A stretch of DNA of 64,000 nt from Macrostomum lignano (lineage: Eukaryota), in assembly GCA_002269645.1 (NCBI GenBank), contig NIVC01001561.1, positions 62,001 to 126,000 on the forward strand, written 5' to 3'. A program made the translations under genes and the position numbers. Shown piece after piece: positions 1 through 23,800 of the stretch. Position 1 is the stretch's first letter; every line of letters begins with the position of its first letter. The notes below the pieces were generated by a model. The model did no database searches and was not told the DNA's origin. It was given only the letters and a program-made list of their open reading frames with translations.

Positions 1-1132
1 TTCTCTCAGGGGCGATTCTCTAAGGGGCGATTCTCTCAGGGGTGATTCTCACATGGGTGATTCTTTCCGGGGTGATTCTCTAGGGGCGATTCTCTCATGG
101 GTGATTCTATCAGGGGTGATTCTCTCAGGGGTGATTCTCTCAGTGGTGATTCTCTAGGGGCGATTCTCTCAGGAGCGATTCTCTCAGGGGCGATTCTCTC
201 AGGGTAATTCTATCAGGAGCGATTCTCTCAGGGGCGATTCTATCAGGGGTGATTCTCTCAGGGGCGATTCTATCAGGGGCGATTCTATCAAGGGCGATTC
301 TATCAGGGGTGATTCTATCAGTGGCAATATTATCAGGGGTGATTATCTTAGAGGCGAGGCTGTCAGGGTTGATTATCTCAGAGGCGAGTCTCTCAGGGGT
401 GATTCTCACATGGGTGATTCTTTCAGGGGTGATTCTCTAGGGGCGATTCTCTCATGGGTGATTCTATCAGGGGTGATTCTCTCAGGAGCGATTCTCTCAG
501 GAGCGATTCTCTTAGGGACGATTCTCTCAGGGGTGATTCTCTCAGTGGTGATTCTCTAGGGGCGATTCTCTCAGGGGCGATCCTTTCAGGGGTGATTCTC
601 TCAGGAGCGATTCTCTCAGGGGCGATTCTCTAAGGGGCGATTCTATCAGGGGTGATTCTTTCAGGGGCGATTCTATCAGGGGCGATTCTATCAGGGGTGA
701 TTATCTTAGAGGCGAGTCTGTCAGGGGTGATTATCTCATGGGTTATTCTCTCAGGGGTGATTCTCTAGGGGCGATTCTCTCACGGGCGATTCTCTCAGGA
801 GCGATTATCTCAGGGGGCGATTTTATCAGGGGTGATTCTCTCAGGGGCGATTCTCTTAGGGACGATTCTCTCAGGGGTGATTCTCTCATGGGTAATTCTC
901 TCAGGGGCGATTCTCTCAGGAGCGATTCCCTCCGGGCGATTCTCTCAGGGGCGATTCTCTCAGGAGCGATTCTCTCCGGGGCAATTCTCTCATGGGTGAT
1001 TCTCTCAGTGGTGATTCTCTAGGGGCGATTTTATCAGGGGTGATTATCTCAGAGGCGATTCTCTTAGGGACGATTCTCTCAGGGGCGATTCTTTTAGTGG
1101 TGATTCTATCAGGGGCGATTCTATCAGGGGCG
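1..1132. repeat. ~15-bp minisatellite (GGGCGATTCTCTCAG), truncated by window start
   Basis: Seen directly as degenerate tandem copies; the ORFs here are repeat translations. Confidence 0.95.
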
Positions 1133-2721
1133 TTTCTATTCTTTGTTTTATTTTGTATTCACGTTTATTTGAAAATTATCGAACAGATAAGTTTAAATCA
1201 ACATTGAACTACTTAAAGTAGTTTAACTAGCTTACTTTCGATTGTTAAACTAGAAAATATAGCGGCTGAACAAGCAGGTTTCGGCAGTACAAGTAAGATA
1301 AAGTAAGCCAGCTATGCTGAAGTCCCGAGATTCAACCCTTTTTTAAATTGTCTCCACTTTCCAAGGCTGGGAAACAATAGTTTACAAAACAATAGGGTTT
1401 GGAGACTTGGAAGCACCTATCTAATTTTGGTTAGCCTATCCTGAGTGTCTGATCCTGGTTCTTAAGCATTCCCTATGGGGATACTGCTAGCCGCTGGTCT
1501 GACCGCCCGTGCGGAGCGCAGATTCCTGCGTTGCTCATGGCAACGCTTCATCTTGCGTCTGCATTATTTAGTTCTCTGTGCAACCTGGCTGGGAGTGGAG
1601 ATGCCCCTGATATTACTTCCGCGTTGTCACTGGTCCCCAGCCTCTCCCTTTCTCTCAAAGCTTCATCGTGTTGAGCAGCTATTCGGGACTCAACCAACTT
1701 TAACAAGCAATCCAACTGAGCTCGGTGAGTGACGTACGCGCCAGTTTATAAAATAATTTCTTCTAAAAGAGCTGTTCTCTGTAGCCAAATATTGCCACAA
1801 GCAGTCAAAGTCCGCTTAGATATGATGCTTGATTGACATGTGACATGTGACAGTCTAAGGTCAGGTGTTGCTGAGCCCTGGATCTTTTTTGAGCACTAAA
1901 TTGGCTGCTTTTTAGACAACCAAACTCTAGCACGATCTGGTTAGTTCGTTGTCAAAACACGGTATTAAACAAAGGTTGAATAATGACAGGAAAACCGCCT
2001 TGTCTGTCGGGTACTCAAAATTATTTTTCTGTTTACAATTTTTATCTGATTTCTAAATGGGCTGCTGCTGCTGCTGCTGCTGCTGCTGAAAAGTGCAGAA
2101 GAGAAGAGCGTCATTAGCGCCTGTCTGTTAGCCAGACCGGTCTGAGTTTGTCAAGCAATGCAATATTTTGTTAGGAATTCTTGCTGTTTTTGTATTCTGT
2201 AATGAGTTGAGTTGTCGAGAGGAGACACAGCTTTGAAGACCTGTTCTGTTCATAGTCTGGTAGGGGTTGAGTGGATAGAGAGATCGCCTACTCGTAAGGG
2301 TCTCACGGTCTGTTCACAACTGCTAGACTAAAACGCGTTGTTTGGAAAAGAAATTAAAGCTGCTACAAGCAGACGCTTTTGGCAATGTTTCAATTTGCAA
2401 CCATTTATTCGAGTTCTGTGCGTTTTCCATCTTGCCTTGAGGTTTCTTTCGCCTTGGATTGCATGCGTCTGCTAAAACTGCTTTTTGTGCCGCAGCCAAT
2501 CAGCCGCAGAGCTTTTACGCACTCGGCAACTGCGTAACCCCCGGTGAGCCACCCCTCCCCCCTACTCGATTCGTCGGGGGGGGGGGCATAGCGCTAGTCG
2601 TTCGAACAGCTGGTCTGCTACGGAGAGAGAGCTGTGGGAGCTGCGGCCGAGAGACGTGTCGAGATGGCGAGTAAAATGGAAAGAGAAGAAGAAAGAAACG
2701 CTCTGTTAACGGGCTTGGCCC

Positions 2722-2752
<31 letters not shown>

Positions 2753-2970
2753 CATCTTGCTTCGGCTCGCACTTTAAGTTTCTTTTTTGTTGGAGAAATT
2801 TTAGCCGCCAGATAATTGGCGGGCTTTGTCTGGCCGCTCATCGCCCCGCAACACTGGCTTTGATTCGCGTGCACACATGCCTGACAACTGTTCCAGCCAA
2901 GGCGGCCAGGGCTGAACTGCAGCACAGCTGACCTCTGCAAGGGTTGGCACCCAGTCTCTTCCGCCCATTC

Positions 2971-9686
<6,716 letters not shown>

Positions 9687-9809
9687 CCGCTTCAGGTAGA
9701 AATCACGGACAGGTAAAGTACACGAATGTGGCAAAATAGGGCTTCGCTGCAAAAATGCATTAGTGAGGAAGAAAGTTCTGCATGTTGCTGCTGTTTTATT
9801 GGGCTGGAT

Positions 9810-10330
9810 TTGTTCGGGATCGACTTGGGATTTCTATAGGATCGAATTGGGATTTCTATCGGATCTAATTGGGATTTCTATAGAAAGATCGAATTGGGAT
9901 TTCTATAGGATCGAATTGGGATTTCTATAGAAAGATCGAATTGGGATTTCTATAGGATCGAATTGGGATTTCTATAGAAAGATCGAATTGGGATTTCTAT
10001 AGAAAGATCGAATTGGGATTTCTATAGAAAGATCGAATTGGGATTTCTATAGGATCGAATTGGGATTTCTATAGAAAGATCGAATTGGGATTTCTATAGG
10101 ATCGAATTGGGATTTCTATAGGATCGAATTGGGATTTCTATAGGATCGAATTGGGATTTCTATAGAAAGATCGAATTGGGATTTCTATAAAAAGATCGAA
10201 TTGGGATTTCTATAGAAAGATCGAATTGGGATTTCTTCGGGATCGAATTGGGATTTTTTCGTGATCTAATTGGGAGTCGTTCGCGATCGAGTTGGGATTT
10301 CTTCAGGATCAAGTTGGGATTTTGGGACAA
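9810..10330. repeat. ~22-26-bp minisatellite, same family as 7525-7870
   Basis: Shared GATCGAATTGGGATTTCTATAG units. Confidence 0.92.
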
Positions 10331-10849
10331 AATCGGGATTTAGGGATTTCGGGATTTCGGGCCAGAGTGGGGCATCAGAACCAACAGCAGCAGCAATGAA
10401 CTCTTTGTTTTCCCATGCTTTCTTTGTTTTCTTTTGTTTTATTGTGCCAGATGAATCAGAGAAACAGTAAAAGATGATTTTCAAATATGTTTATTTTTGT
10501 TATTTTGCTAACAACCCATTTTGCACGCACCCTCTGGCCAAAACGGCAAGTAGAATTTTTACAATTTTTTTGTTAATCTTCACTTGTTGTATTTGTTTCT
10601 TTTTGAATTACGTATTTTTCTACTCGACAAAAATAATTTTGTTGTCTTTTCTACATTTCGCACTTTCATCACCTCTTGGGAGAGCTCGACGACGGCTTGT
10701 GACTTGCATATAAATAAATATACTGCGATGTATTATGTGTCCGTTTGTGTGTTATGCACTCTGGCTTACATTGACAGATTATCTAAGAATTGTAATTATT
10801 TCTAGTTCTGATTTTTTATTCATATAGAAGTTCCAAAATTTATAGTTAG

Positions 10850-12035
10850 TGAGCTGCAGTCAGTGAGCTATAGTCAGTGAGCTATAGTCAGTGAGCTATA
10901 GTCAGTGAGCTATAGTCAGTGAGCTATAGTCAGTGAGCTATAGTCAGTGAGCTGTAGTTAGTGAGCTATAGTCAGTGAGCTATAGTCAGTGAGCTATAGT
11001 CAGTGAGCTATAGTCAGTGAGCTATAGTCAGTGAGCTATAGTCAGTGAGCTGTAGTTAGTGAGCTATAGTCAGTGAGCTATAGTCAGTGAGCTATAGTCA
11101 GTGAGCTATAGTCAGTGAGCTATAGTCAGTGAGCTATAGTCAGTGAGCTGTAGTTAGTGAGCTATAGTCAGTGAGCTATAGTCAGTGAGCTATAGTCAGT
11201 GAGCTATAGTCAGTGAGATGTAGTCAGTGAGATGTAGTCAGTGAGCTGTAGTCAGTGAGCTATAGTCAGTGAGATGTAGTCAGTGAGCTGTAGTCAGTGA
11301 GCTATAGTCAGTGAGCTATAGTCAGTGAGCTATAGTCAGTGAGCTGTAGTCAGTGAGCTGTAGTCAGTGAGCTATAGTCAGTGAGATGTAGTCAGTGAGC
11401 TATAGTCAGTGAGATGTAGTCAGTGAGCTGTAGTCAGTGAGCTATAGTCAGTGAGCTGTAGTCAGTGAGCTATAGTCAGTGAGATGTAGTCAGTGAGCTA
11501 TAGTCAGTGAGATGTAGTCAGTGAGCTATAGTCAGTGAGCTGTAGTCAGTGAGCTATAGTCAGTGAGCTATAGTCAGTGAGCTATAGTCAGTGAGATGTA
11601 GTCAGTGAGCTATAGTCAGTGAGATGTAGTCAGTGAGCTATAGTCAGTGAGCTGTAGTCAGTGAGCTGTAGTCAGTGAGCTATAGTCAGTGAGCTATAGT
11701 CAGTGAGCTATAGTCAGTGAGCTATAGTCAGTGAGCTATAGTCAGTGAGCTATAGTCAGTGAGCTATAGTCAGTGAGCTATAGTCAGTGAGCTATAGTCA
11801 GTGAGCTATAGTCAGTGAGATGTAGTCAGTGAGCTATAGTCAGTGAGATGTAGTCAGTGAGCTATAGTCAGTGAGCTGTAGTCAGTGAGCTGTAGTCAGT
11901 GAGCTATAGTCAGTGAGCTATAGTCAGTGAGCTATAGTCAGTGAGCTATAGTCAGTGAGCTATAGTCAGTGAGCTATAGTCAGTGAGCTATAGTCAGTGA
12001 GCTGTAGTCAGTGAGCTGTAGTCAGTGAGCTATAG
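10850..12035. repeat. 14-bp minisatellite (AGTCAGTGAGCTAT)
   Basis: Tandem copies seen directly. Confidence 0.96.
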
Positions 12036-12476
12036 CTATATGACCCATAAACTAGCCAAGTTTTTGTTCATGCCCACACAATACGCGCCAAGAATGAGCC
12101 CGGTTGCTATTGTCCGTTGCTAAGGACAACAAAATCAGCAGTCTCGGTGCTCTAGGGAGTCGACTTCCGGTGAATAGGGGGATTTTCAGCCCATCTCCGC
12201 TGAGCATTGAGACTCAAAGTATCCAGTGCGGTCCAAGAGAGGATGAAAGATTGTGAAAGCACGGTTGAGAACAGCTCTGAGTCTAGGTGAGCACAATCGT
12301 GAATTGTTGTGCGGCTAAAATGGGGGTTGCCTCCTGACTCTCGTCCCATCTTTCCTCCCTTCTCCACTCCTCTGCAAATCAAGCCGGCCTCAATAAAAAT
12401 GAAGCGGGCACTGCCTGGCAATCGATGCACCAAACCTTCACAGTAACATCTGGGATTTGCTGCAGCAGCATTCTGC

Positions 12477-14481
<2,005 letters not shown>

Positions 14482-15415
14482 CTCTGTCATGAACTAAATA
14501 TTTCATTTATCTCTTTAACAACGCTGACAAAAGCTGATGGTTACTACTAATAGTAACCCCTATTGAGTGGGATCTTATGCTTGCTGTTTCAAATAAAGTT
14601 TAAAAACCTTCCAATTTAAATTTCTTTATACTTAATTTTCAAGTTAAAACTTAAGCCCTTAATTTATAAATTCCCACTTCCATGAACTTTCAAAGTGCAA
14701 TTTTTTAGGGTTGCAAAATTTTTTTGTGTCTTAGTATCGTTCGAAGGTCATCACTATGGGACCATGATCACGTGGCTATCAAGGGTGATAGTCGATTAAA
14801 GAATCAGAGCAGAATACAGTCAGAGGCAAAGCGTCCTTTTCGAAGCTAATCGGGAAATGAAAAATCGAACAACGTTGTCACGAATTGAAGTTCCGTCCGA
14901 TGAGAGACCGGACATTTCGTTCTCTGCAATCCCATTGTATTCCTGTAATCCCATTGACAGCAGTCTCACTTCTTTCTCTCGTTTTTTGCTTCGTTGCGCT
15001 TCTTTATTTTATCTCTTATAGTTGAGCTATATAGTTGTAGTTGCTATTAAGAATAAATTAGCAAAGTATGAATTGTTGGTATATTCGGCGCCCTCTGGCT
15101 TTTTCATTATCGCCCACAAAGTATTATTGTGATTGTACCATAGACTATGTGGCTGAGTTATACGAACGCATGAGCTGCGTTGATGAATTACGCTCGTATG
15201 GGCCATGGGGTGTGGGTGTCAACCATAGACATCATGATTTAATGAGCAATATGTATGGCCGTTTTGTATTGCCATATACTAGTAACTCCTGTAGTCTGTG
15301 GCCCACCTCTGCCCAGAAACGCGGAAGTTATGAATATTAAATCGAAGCAGGCAGTCCTTTTGCAGCACTATAGTTACATATTTAGCCAGCAGCTGACACT
15401 GCCAATAACCGCACG

Positions 15416-17359
<1,944 letters not shown>

Positions 17360-17399
17360 GATCTGATCGAGTATTTGCTGTTGTTTAGCGCATTTCTGG

Positions 17400-18425
17400 C
17401 TTTTTTCACTCCTGTCACTCTGCCCTCAATCTTCTGTCACCATTCTTTCACTCATGTCATCCTTTTTTCACACTCTCTGTCACTCTCTTTTCACTCCTTC
17501 TGTCACTATCCTTTCACTCCATCTGTCACTGACCTTTCACTCTGTCTGTCACTATCCTTTCACTCTGTCTATCACTATCCTTTCACTCTATCTGTCACCA
17601 TCCTTTCACTCCATCTGTCACTAACCTTTCACTCTATCTGTCACTGACCTTTCACTCTATCTGTCACCATCCTTTCACTCCATCTGTCACTGACCTTTCA
17701 CTCTGTCTATCACTATCCTTTCACTCTATCTGTCACTGACCTTTCACTCTATCTGTCACCATCCTTTCACTCCATCTGTCACTGACCTTTCACTCTGTCT
17801 ATCACTATCCTTTCACTCTATCTGTCACTGACCTTTCACTCTATCTGTCACCATCCTTTCACTCCATCTGTCACTGACCTTTCACTCTGTCTATCACTAT
17901 CCTTTCACTCTATTTGTCACTATCCTTTCACTCTATCTGTCACCATCCTTTCACTCCATCTGTCACTGACCTTTCACTCTGTCTGTCACTATCCTTTCAC
18001 TCTGTCTGTCACTATCCTTTCACTCTGTCTGTCACTATCCTTTCACTCTGTCTGTCACTATCCTTTCACTCCATCTGTCACTGACCTTTCACTCTGTCTG
18101 TCACTATCCTTTCACTCTGTCTGTCACCATCCTTTCACTCCATCTGTCACTGACCTTTCACTCTGTCTGTCACTATCCTTTCACTCTGTCTGTCACTATC
18201 CTTTCACTCTGTCTGTCACTATCCTTTCACTCTATCTGTCACTATCCTTTCACTCCATCTGTCACTGACCTTTCACTCTGTCTGTCACTATCCTTTCACT
18301 CTATCTGTCACTATCCTTTCACTCCATCTGTCACTGACCTTTCACTCTGTCTGTCACTATCCTTTCACTCTGTCTGTCACTATCCTTTCACTCTGTCTGT
18401 CAGTATCCTTTCACTATATCTATCA
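17400..18425. repeat. ~23-bp minisatellite (CACTCTGTCTGTCACTATCCTTT)
   Basis: Seen directly. Confidence 0.95.
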
Positions 18426-18930
18426 CTCTTTTCTCCAAAAGAAATCACTCTTATGTTCCAAAAGACCTCGTTAAAGCCAGTCAAGGCCTCCCATGCTGTG
18501 ATTTGCAGCCCCATTTTCACACAGACCGTTACAAAAATATTAGCTTTAAATTTTCTCGCTATTCAAAAAATACTACGATAGTCTGGGGAGACTTTTATGC
18601 TCTCTGCCCTCGGCTTTTTTTAAATAAATCATTTTCTATTCTGGATTTCATTTAGAAGAAATATAAAATGCTTTTTTTCTCAAAAGTTTGACTCAGAAAG
18701 GAGCTGAAGTGAATTGGCCTATTATTTGGCATCCGCCCCGATTAAACTGTAAATAACCTGGCTGAAATTTATGACAGTTCATCAACCAGTTTGTTGGATC
18801 ATATTTGATGCAGCGATTTCCATAATTGGGCCGGGGCTGTTGCCCCCAGGACCCCGGGTCCTGCACGCAATGGCGTGGTGAACTATCTGTGCAGTATGAG
18901 ACTGGTATGGCCCTTATCCCAACCAGCGAT

Positions 18931-19075
18931 GCTCACACCTGCCTCCCCTGGCGGGCTGATAGCTAAAGAGACTCTGTCTCCTGATTTTCACCTTGCAAGG
19001 CGCACTTCGAAGGGTACTCGTCCCGTGGGTGTTAAGGCAGGCTCTCGGGCCTTGCCGAGCTAATTCGTTGGCGCC
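18931..19075 (+). ncRNA. Candidate HDV-like self-cleaving ribozyme in the LINE 5' UTR
   Basis: Manual fold: P1 GCTCAC/GTGGGT, P2 CGAA/TTCG, P3 GGG/CCC, L3 TACTCGT, P1.1 AC/GT, P4 GGCAGGC/GCCTTGCC, J4/2 CTAA. Not computationally verified. Confidence 0.55.
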
Positions 19076-19306
19076 GGGTCCTGGTGTGACCATATAAACG
19101 CACCCTCTAATGTCCCAGTGTAACTCCGTGCTGATGGACGCTTGGCCAGGGAGTAGTCTGGTCGCTAACGGTTCCCCTTGCGCTTTTGGGTCCCCCCGCA
19201 GGGTGGTATTTCGCTTTTTGGGGGCCTGCCGCTTGGTTTGGGGTTGCGGCCTTGCGGCTCTTTGCCTGTGTTCTGCAGGAAGTCCCACCTTTTTTAATTC
19301 CAGCCA

Positions 19307-20827
19307 ATGGCTTCTAACCGAAGTACCCAACCGGCTGTGGATGACACAGTGCCTCCGGCCTCGGCTGGGGCCGTGGACTCCGCGGCCATACCACCTGCTA
19401 CCATCGGGGACGCCTCGGCGAGACCCGTGGAGCCAACTCTGAGCGGTGCCTCCGAGAAGACACCTGCTACTCCAGCTGCCAAGCAGCTGAGCACCACCTC
19501 TGGAGCTGCCCGCCGTGGACTTAACAAGGCGAGGCGGGCCAAGGAGGGCGGAAGCCTAACCGGCGCCAGGGGCCAACGGCCCGCGGCAGCGGAAGCTTCC
19601 CAATCTGGGGCGGTGGCGGAAGAGGGCCTCGAGCCCACTGAAGCCCCTGTCCAGGATGGGGAGGCCGATGCAGCCGGGAGGGTGGACAGCCCACCTGAAG
19701 AAAGCTCCACTGACCCCCGGGCCTCCTACGCTGATGCGGCAAAGAGGCAACCGGCGGTTGTCATCCTGGGAAAGGACGCGCGCCTGTCTCCCGATCAGCT
19801 GAAGCAGGTGAGAGGTGCCGTTGATGGCCTCCTGTGGAAGCAAACTCTGAAGGGCACGCCTCTGAACATTCATTCGAATGCGACGAGGGACTCGTGCCTT
19901 CTCATTTGGCCCAGTGATGCTGACTCGGGTCGGCGGCTCCTTGAGCTGCTGCCCGAGCAGAGCTGGGACCTCAACCTAGCCTTCTGCAGAGAGGACGAAC
20001 GCCCCCGGACCAAGAGGCATCGAATCTGGGTTCCGGCCAGGAGCGTCGTTACCTCTGCTGACGAGCTCCGGAAAGGACTGCTAGCAGTCAACCGGGAGCT
20101 TCCCGCCGCGGGCCTAGTGGTGCATGACACCCTTAAGCGCACCGACGGCACTGGCTTCACAGCCATCCTGGGGCTGTCGGACGCCTGGATGAGGCGCTAT
20201 CCGCACGGCAGCTTCATCAACGTCGGCCTTTGGAAGCTGCGTATCCGCTCCTACGAGGCCGACCCTCCCCGTGGTGGTGAGCAGGGCGGGCGGAATGCCG
20301 AAGCAGCCGGGGCCGTGGCGCGAGCTTCTGCTCAGGCTGCCAAAGCAAACCGCCCCGCCCGGCAGCACGGCCGCGCGGGTAAAGCCGAGCGCGCTGCTGA
20401 GGGCGGAGGAGACCGACGCCCGGCACGCAGCACCAAGCGACGCGGCCTGTACCAGCGTGCAGCTGAGGCAGTCCGTACCGCCAAAATCACCCAGCTGAGG
20501 AGAGAGGTCGCCGGGACGCCTAGGCGCACCAGTTCGTCCAGGGAGGGTGGGGATGTCCCAGCTGGGCCCAACCCCTCGGGGCAGGGCCGACTGGAGACGG
20601 ACCCGCCTGCCCAGGCGGCTGGCTGCTCCAGGGCATTGGGCCAGTCTGAAGCGGAGGACCCCATGGCTGGTGGGCGAAGGGCGGCGAACGCTGCCTATTG
20701 CCTTCCGACCAACCGGGGGCCTTTTGCTGAAGAAGAGCCCATGGACACCGGTGACCCCGACCCGAAGCTGGTGAGCGCCGAGGAGGAGGAGGAACTCCTG
20801 GCGACTGCAACACCCGATCTGCACTGA
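19307..20827 (+). CDS. LINE ORF1 (506 aa; central region resembles DUF4780-type Loa ORF1; no CCHC knuckle seen)
   Basis: Intact ORF directly upstream of ORF2; SYADAAK..VVIL..LSPDQL..V pattern recalled from Loa ORF1s. Confidence 0.85.
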   Translation: MASNRSTQPAVDDTVPPASAGAVDSAAIPPATIGDASARPVEPTLSGASEKTPATPAAKQLSTTSGAARRGLNKARRAKEGGSLTGARGQRPAAAEASQSGAVAEEGLEPTEAPVQDGEADAAGRVDSPPEESSTDPRASYADAAKRQPAVVILGKDARLSPDQLKQVRGAVDGLLWKQTLKGTPLNIHSNATRDSCLLIWPSDADSGRRLLELLPEQSWDLNLAFCREDERPRTKRHRIWVPARSVVTSADELRKGLLAVNRELPAAGLVVHDTLKRTDGTGFTAILGLSDAWMRRYPHGSFINVGLWKLRIRSYEADPPRGGEQGGRNAEAAGAVARASAQAAKANRPARQHGRAGKAERAAEGGGDRRPARSTKRRGLYQRAAEAVRTAKITQLRREVAGTPRRTSSSREGGDVPAGPNPSGQGRLETDPPAQAAGCSRALGQSEAEDPMAGGRRAANAAYCLPTNRGPFAEEEPMDTGDPDPKLVSAEEEEELLATATPDLH

Positions 20828-23800
20828 TGCCAGCGGCTACCTGGTGTCTGCAGATCAACACCCAGCACTGCGTGGCGGCGTCAGTCAACCTGATGCGCAC
20901 GACAGAGCAACAGCTTCCGGGCCTGGTCTTCGTACAGGAGCCCTGGATGACTAAAGGTAAGCCAAATAATGTGCCATCTGACTACCACTGTTTTTGCATG
21001 GCGGACTCTCAGCCTCGCCCAAGATCTCTGGTCTTTGCTGCAAAAGCTTTTGAAGCATGGATGAGACCTGATCTCTCGACTGGGGACATCTGTGTTGTTC
21101 AAATCAATAACCTCATTCCAAATAAACCTGCGCTGGTAGCATCTGCCTATTTCCCAGGCGATGCCCCAGTAGTCTGCGACGCACTAGTCAACCCCATTGA
21201 CTATGCCGCGTCCCGACGGTTCGAGCTGCTCATTGCAGGGGATGTGAACGCACACCACCTGCATTGGGGCAGCAAGAACACCAATAACAGAGGCGAGGAG
21301 CTGCTGGCCTACGTCAGCAGCACAAACCTCAATTTCTGTAACGTGGGCAATGCACCAACGTTCAATAATGGGCGGTGGGCCGAAGTCATCGACACCACCA
21401 TCGCCTCACCCGGACTGCTTTCCGCAGTCACGGGCTGGCGAGTGTGGGACGAGGACTCGCTCTCGGACCACCGCTTTATCCGCTTTTGCATTGGGCCGAC
21501 CAAGCAAAAGCCTAAAGTCACTTGGAGTCGGAACGTCAGGAACACCGATTGGGCCGCCTTTGGCTCGAAGCTGAGCCGCGGCCTTCGGGATCTTGACCCC
21601 CCCAGTGACCTCTCTGACTGCCAGGTGATGGATGATCTCGCCTCCTCCCTGGGCGGGGCGATCACCACTGCCTTTGAAGCAGCCTGCCCTCTAAAGGCCT
21701 ATAAAGGCAAGAAATCTGCTCCCTGGTGGAACCCAGAGCTCGGGGCCCTTCGGCGCCGAGCCAGGACCCTCCAAAGGCGAGCACTCAAAACCAAAGACCC
21801 ATCTGATATAGAGGCCTACACCCGTGCGATCCACGAGTTTAAGGGCCAAGTCAGAAGGGCCAAGACGGCCAAGTGGCGCCAATATTGCGAAGGGCTTGAG
21901 GGCTCTCGCCCCGTAGCCCGCGTGGTTAAGGCACTCACTAATGACCGTTTTTCTAAACTCTCTGTTGTGAAGAGACCTGATGGCTCGGTCACAGAGAGTT
22001 CGGAAGATACTCTAGAGCTCATGCTCAACCGTTTTTTCCCTAAATCTCCGACTCAGCAGGGCCCGCCCGACCACACAGTGGGAGGGCAAGGCCTAGCAAA
22101 GTCTATGATCACCAAAGACCGCATTATTAGAGCGGCAAGGTCCTTTAACCCGTTCAAGGCGCCTGGGCCCGACGGCATCTACCCAGCGTTCTTGCACGAG
22201 GCGGTAAAAAACCACCGCTTCCTGGATCTGCTCTGTCGTCTCCTTCGAGCTTGTGTGGAGCTGGGCTATGTACCAGTTGCGTGGAGAGAGGCCCGGGTGG
22301 TCTTTATCCCCAAGCCTGGAAAGAGCGACTACCAATCGGTGAAGGCCTTCAGGCCTATCAGCCTCACCTCTTTCTGCCTCAAGCTCCTCGAGAGGTTGGT
22401 GCTTTGGCGCCTACTTTCGGTCGAGCTGAAGCGCTTCCCACTCTCGCAGAACCAGCACGCCTTCCGCGCGGGCAGGTCTACCGAGAGTGCTCTCCATGTC
22501 ATTGTTGACTTCCTGGAGAGGGCCGTTCTTGGCAGCGGCTTTGCCCTCTCGCTTTTCCTGGACATTGAGGGGGCCTTCGACAACGTCATCTTCGAGGCCT
22601 TTTGCAGAGCCCTGGAATCCAGGGCCACGCACCCTCACCTTGTCCGGTGGATCATGTTCATGATCCGAAACCGCACTGTTGTGGCCCACCTGAACGGCAG
22701 CTCTCTTTCGGTGCCTGTCCTGAAAGGGGGCCCCCAGGGCGGCGTTCTCACCCCCGTTCTCTGGAACATGGTCATGGATGAGTTGCTTTGCAGTGATCTC
22801 CACGACCCCATTCTCAAGGTGGGCTATGCCGATGATGTGACCGCGATATGCGCGGGCCCCTCGGTTGATACCATCAGAGACCTTCTGCAGGGCTTTCTGG
22901 GACGAGCGGAGCGTTGGGCAAACCAATGTGGCCTTAGACTCTCAGAGTCGAAAACCACAGCAGTCATGTTTACCAACAAACTGCTCTGGACCATTAAGCC
23001 CCTCACCCTCTATGGAAAGAATATTTCCATGGAGAAGCAGGTCCGCTGCCTGGGCCTCACTCTGGACCACAGGCTTAACTGGACTCCGCACATTCAAACT
23101 AAAGCCAAAAAAGCCCTGGCTGTCCTGGCTCAGATCAGGCGCGCCGTGGGCACCACCTGGGGGCTCACCCCCAGGAAGCTGTGGTGGATTTACACTGCCA
23201 TCATCCGCCCCTCGATCAGTTACGCCAGCCTCGTGTGGGCTAGCGGCCTGAGCGTCAAGAGCAACCTCGACGCTCTCTACAAAATCCAGGGCAGAGCCTG
23301 CCGCATGACTATGGGCGCTCCACCCTCTACTCCTTTTGAAGGCATGAATGCCTTCCTCTGTGCCCCTCCTTTGGATATATATATCAAAGGAGAGGCGGCG
23401 AAGAGCACCCGGCGTCTTCTGGATGCTGGGGTGGCCTTCAAGAAAGTGCGGGCCTTTAAGAAGCGGTCGCTTATCCCGCACTCTGACCTCTGCCTCAAGG
23501 CTCTCGAGGAGTGTGGCGGGCTCAACATCCTCACGGACTCGATCCCAGCCACCCTTCTCCTGAGCCAAAGGTATAAGGTCACCATTCAGCCTCGACACGA
23601 GGCGAGTGACAGCTGGAGCGATTCTGAAGTCCACTGTTACACTGACGGCTCTATGAGGCATGGTCGTTCAGGCTTCGGAGCTTGCGTCTTCTTTAAGGGA
23701 GAAGTGGTGTGGAGCTACTCCCAACACACTGGGCTCAACTCCAGTGTTTTTCAGAGCGAGGTGCTTGCCATCAGCTCCTGCGCGGCAGAGCTGCGCCGAA

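Noticed and set aside
1475-1732. 85-aa ORF and a protein-like minus-strand frame
   Set aside because: No recognisable motif or partner exons; it cannot be supported.
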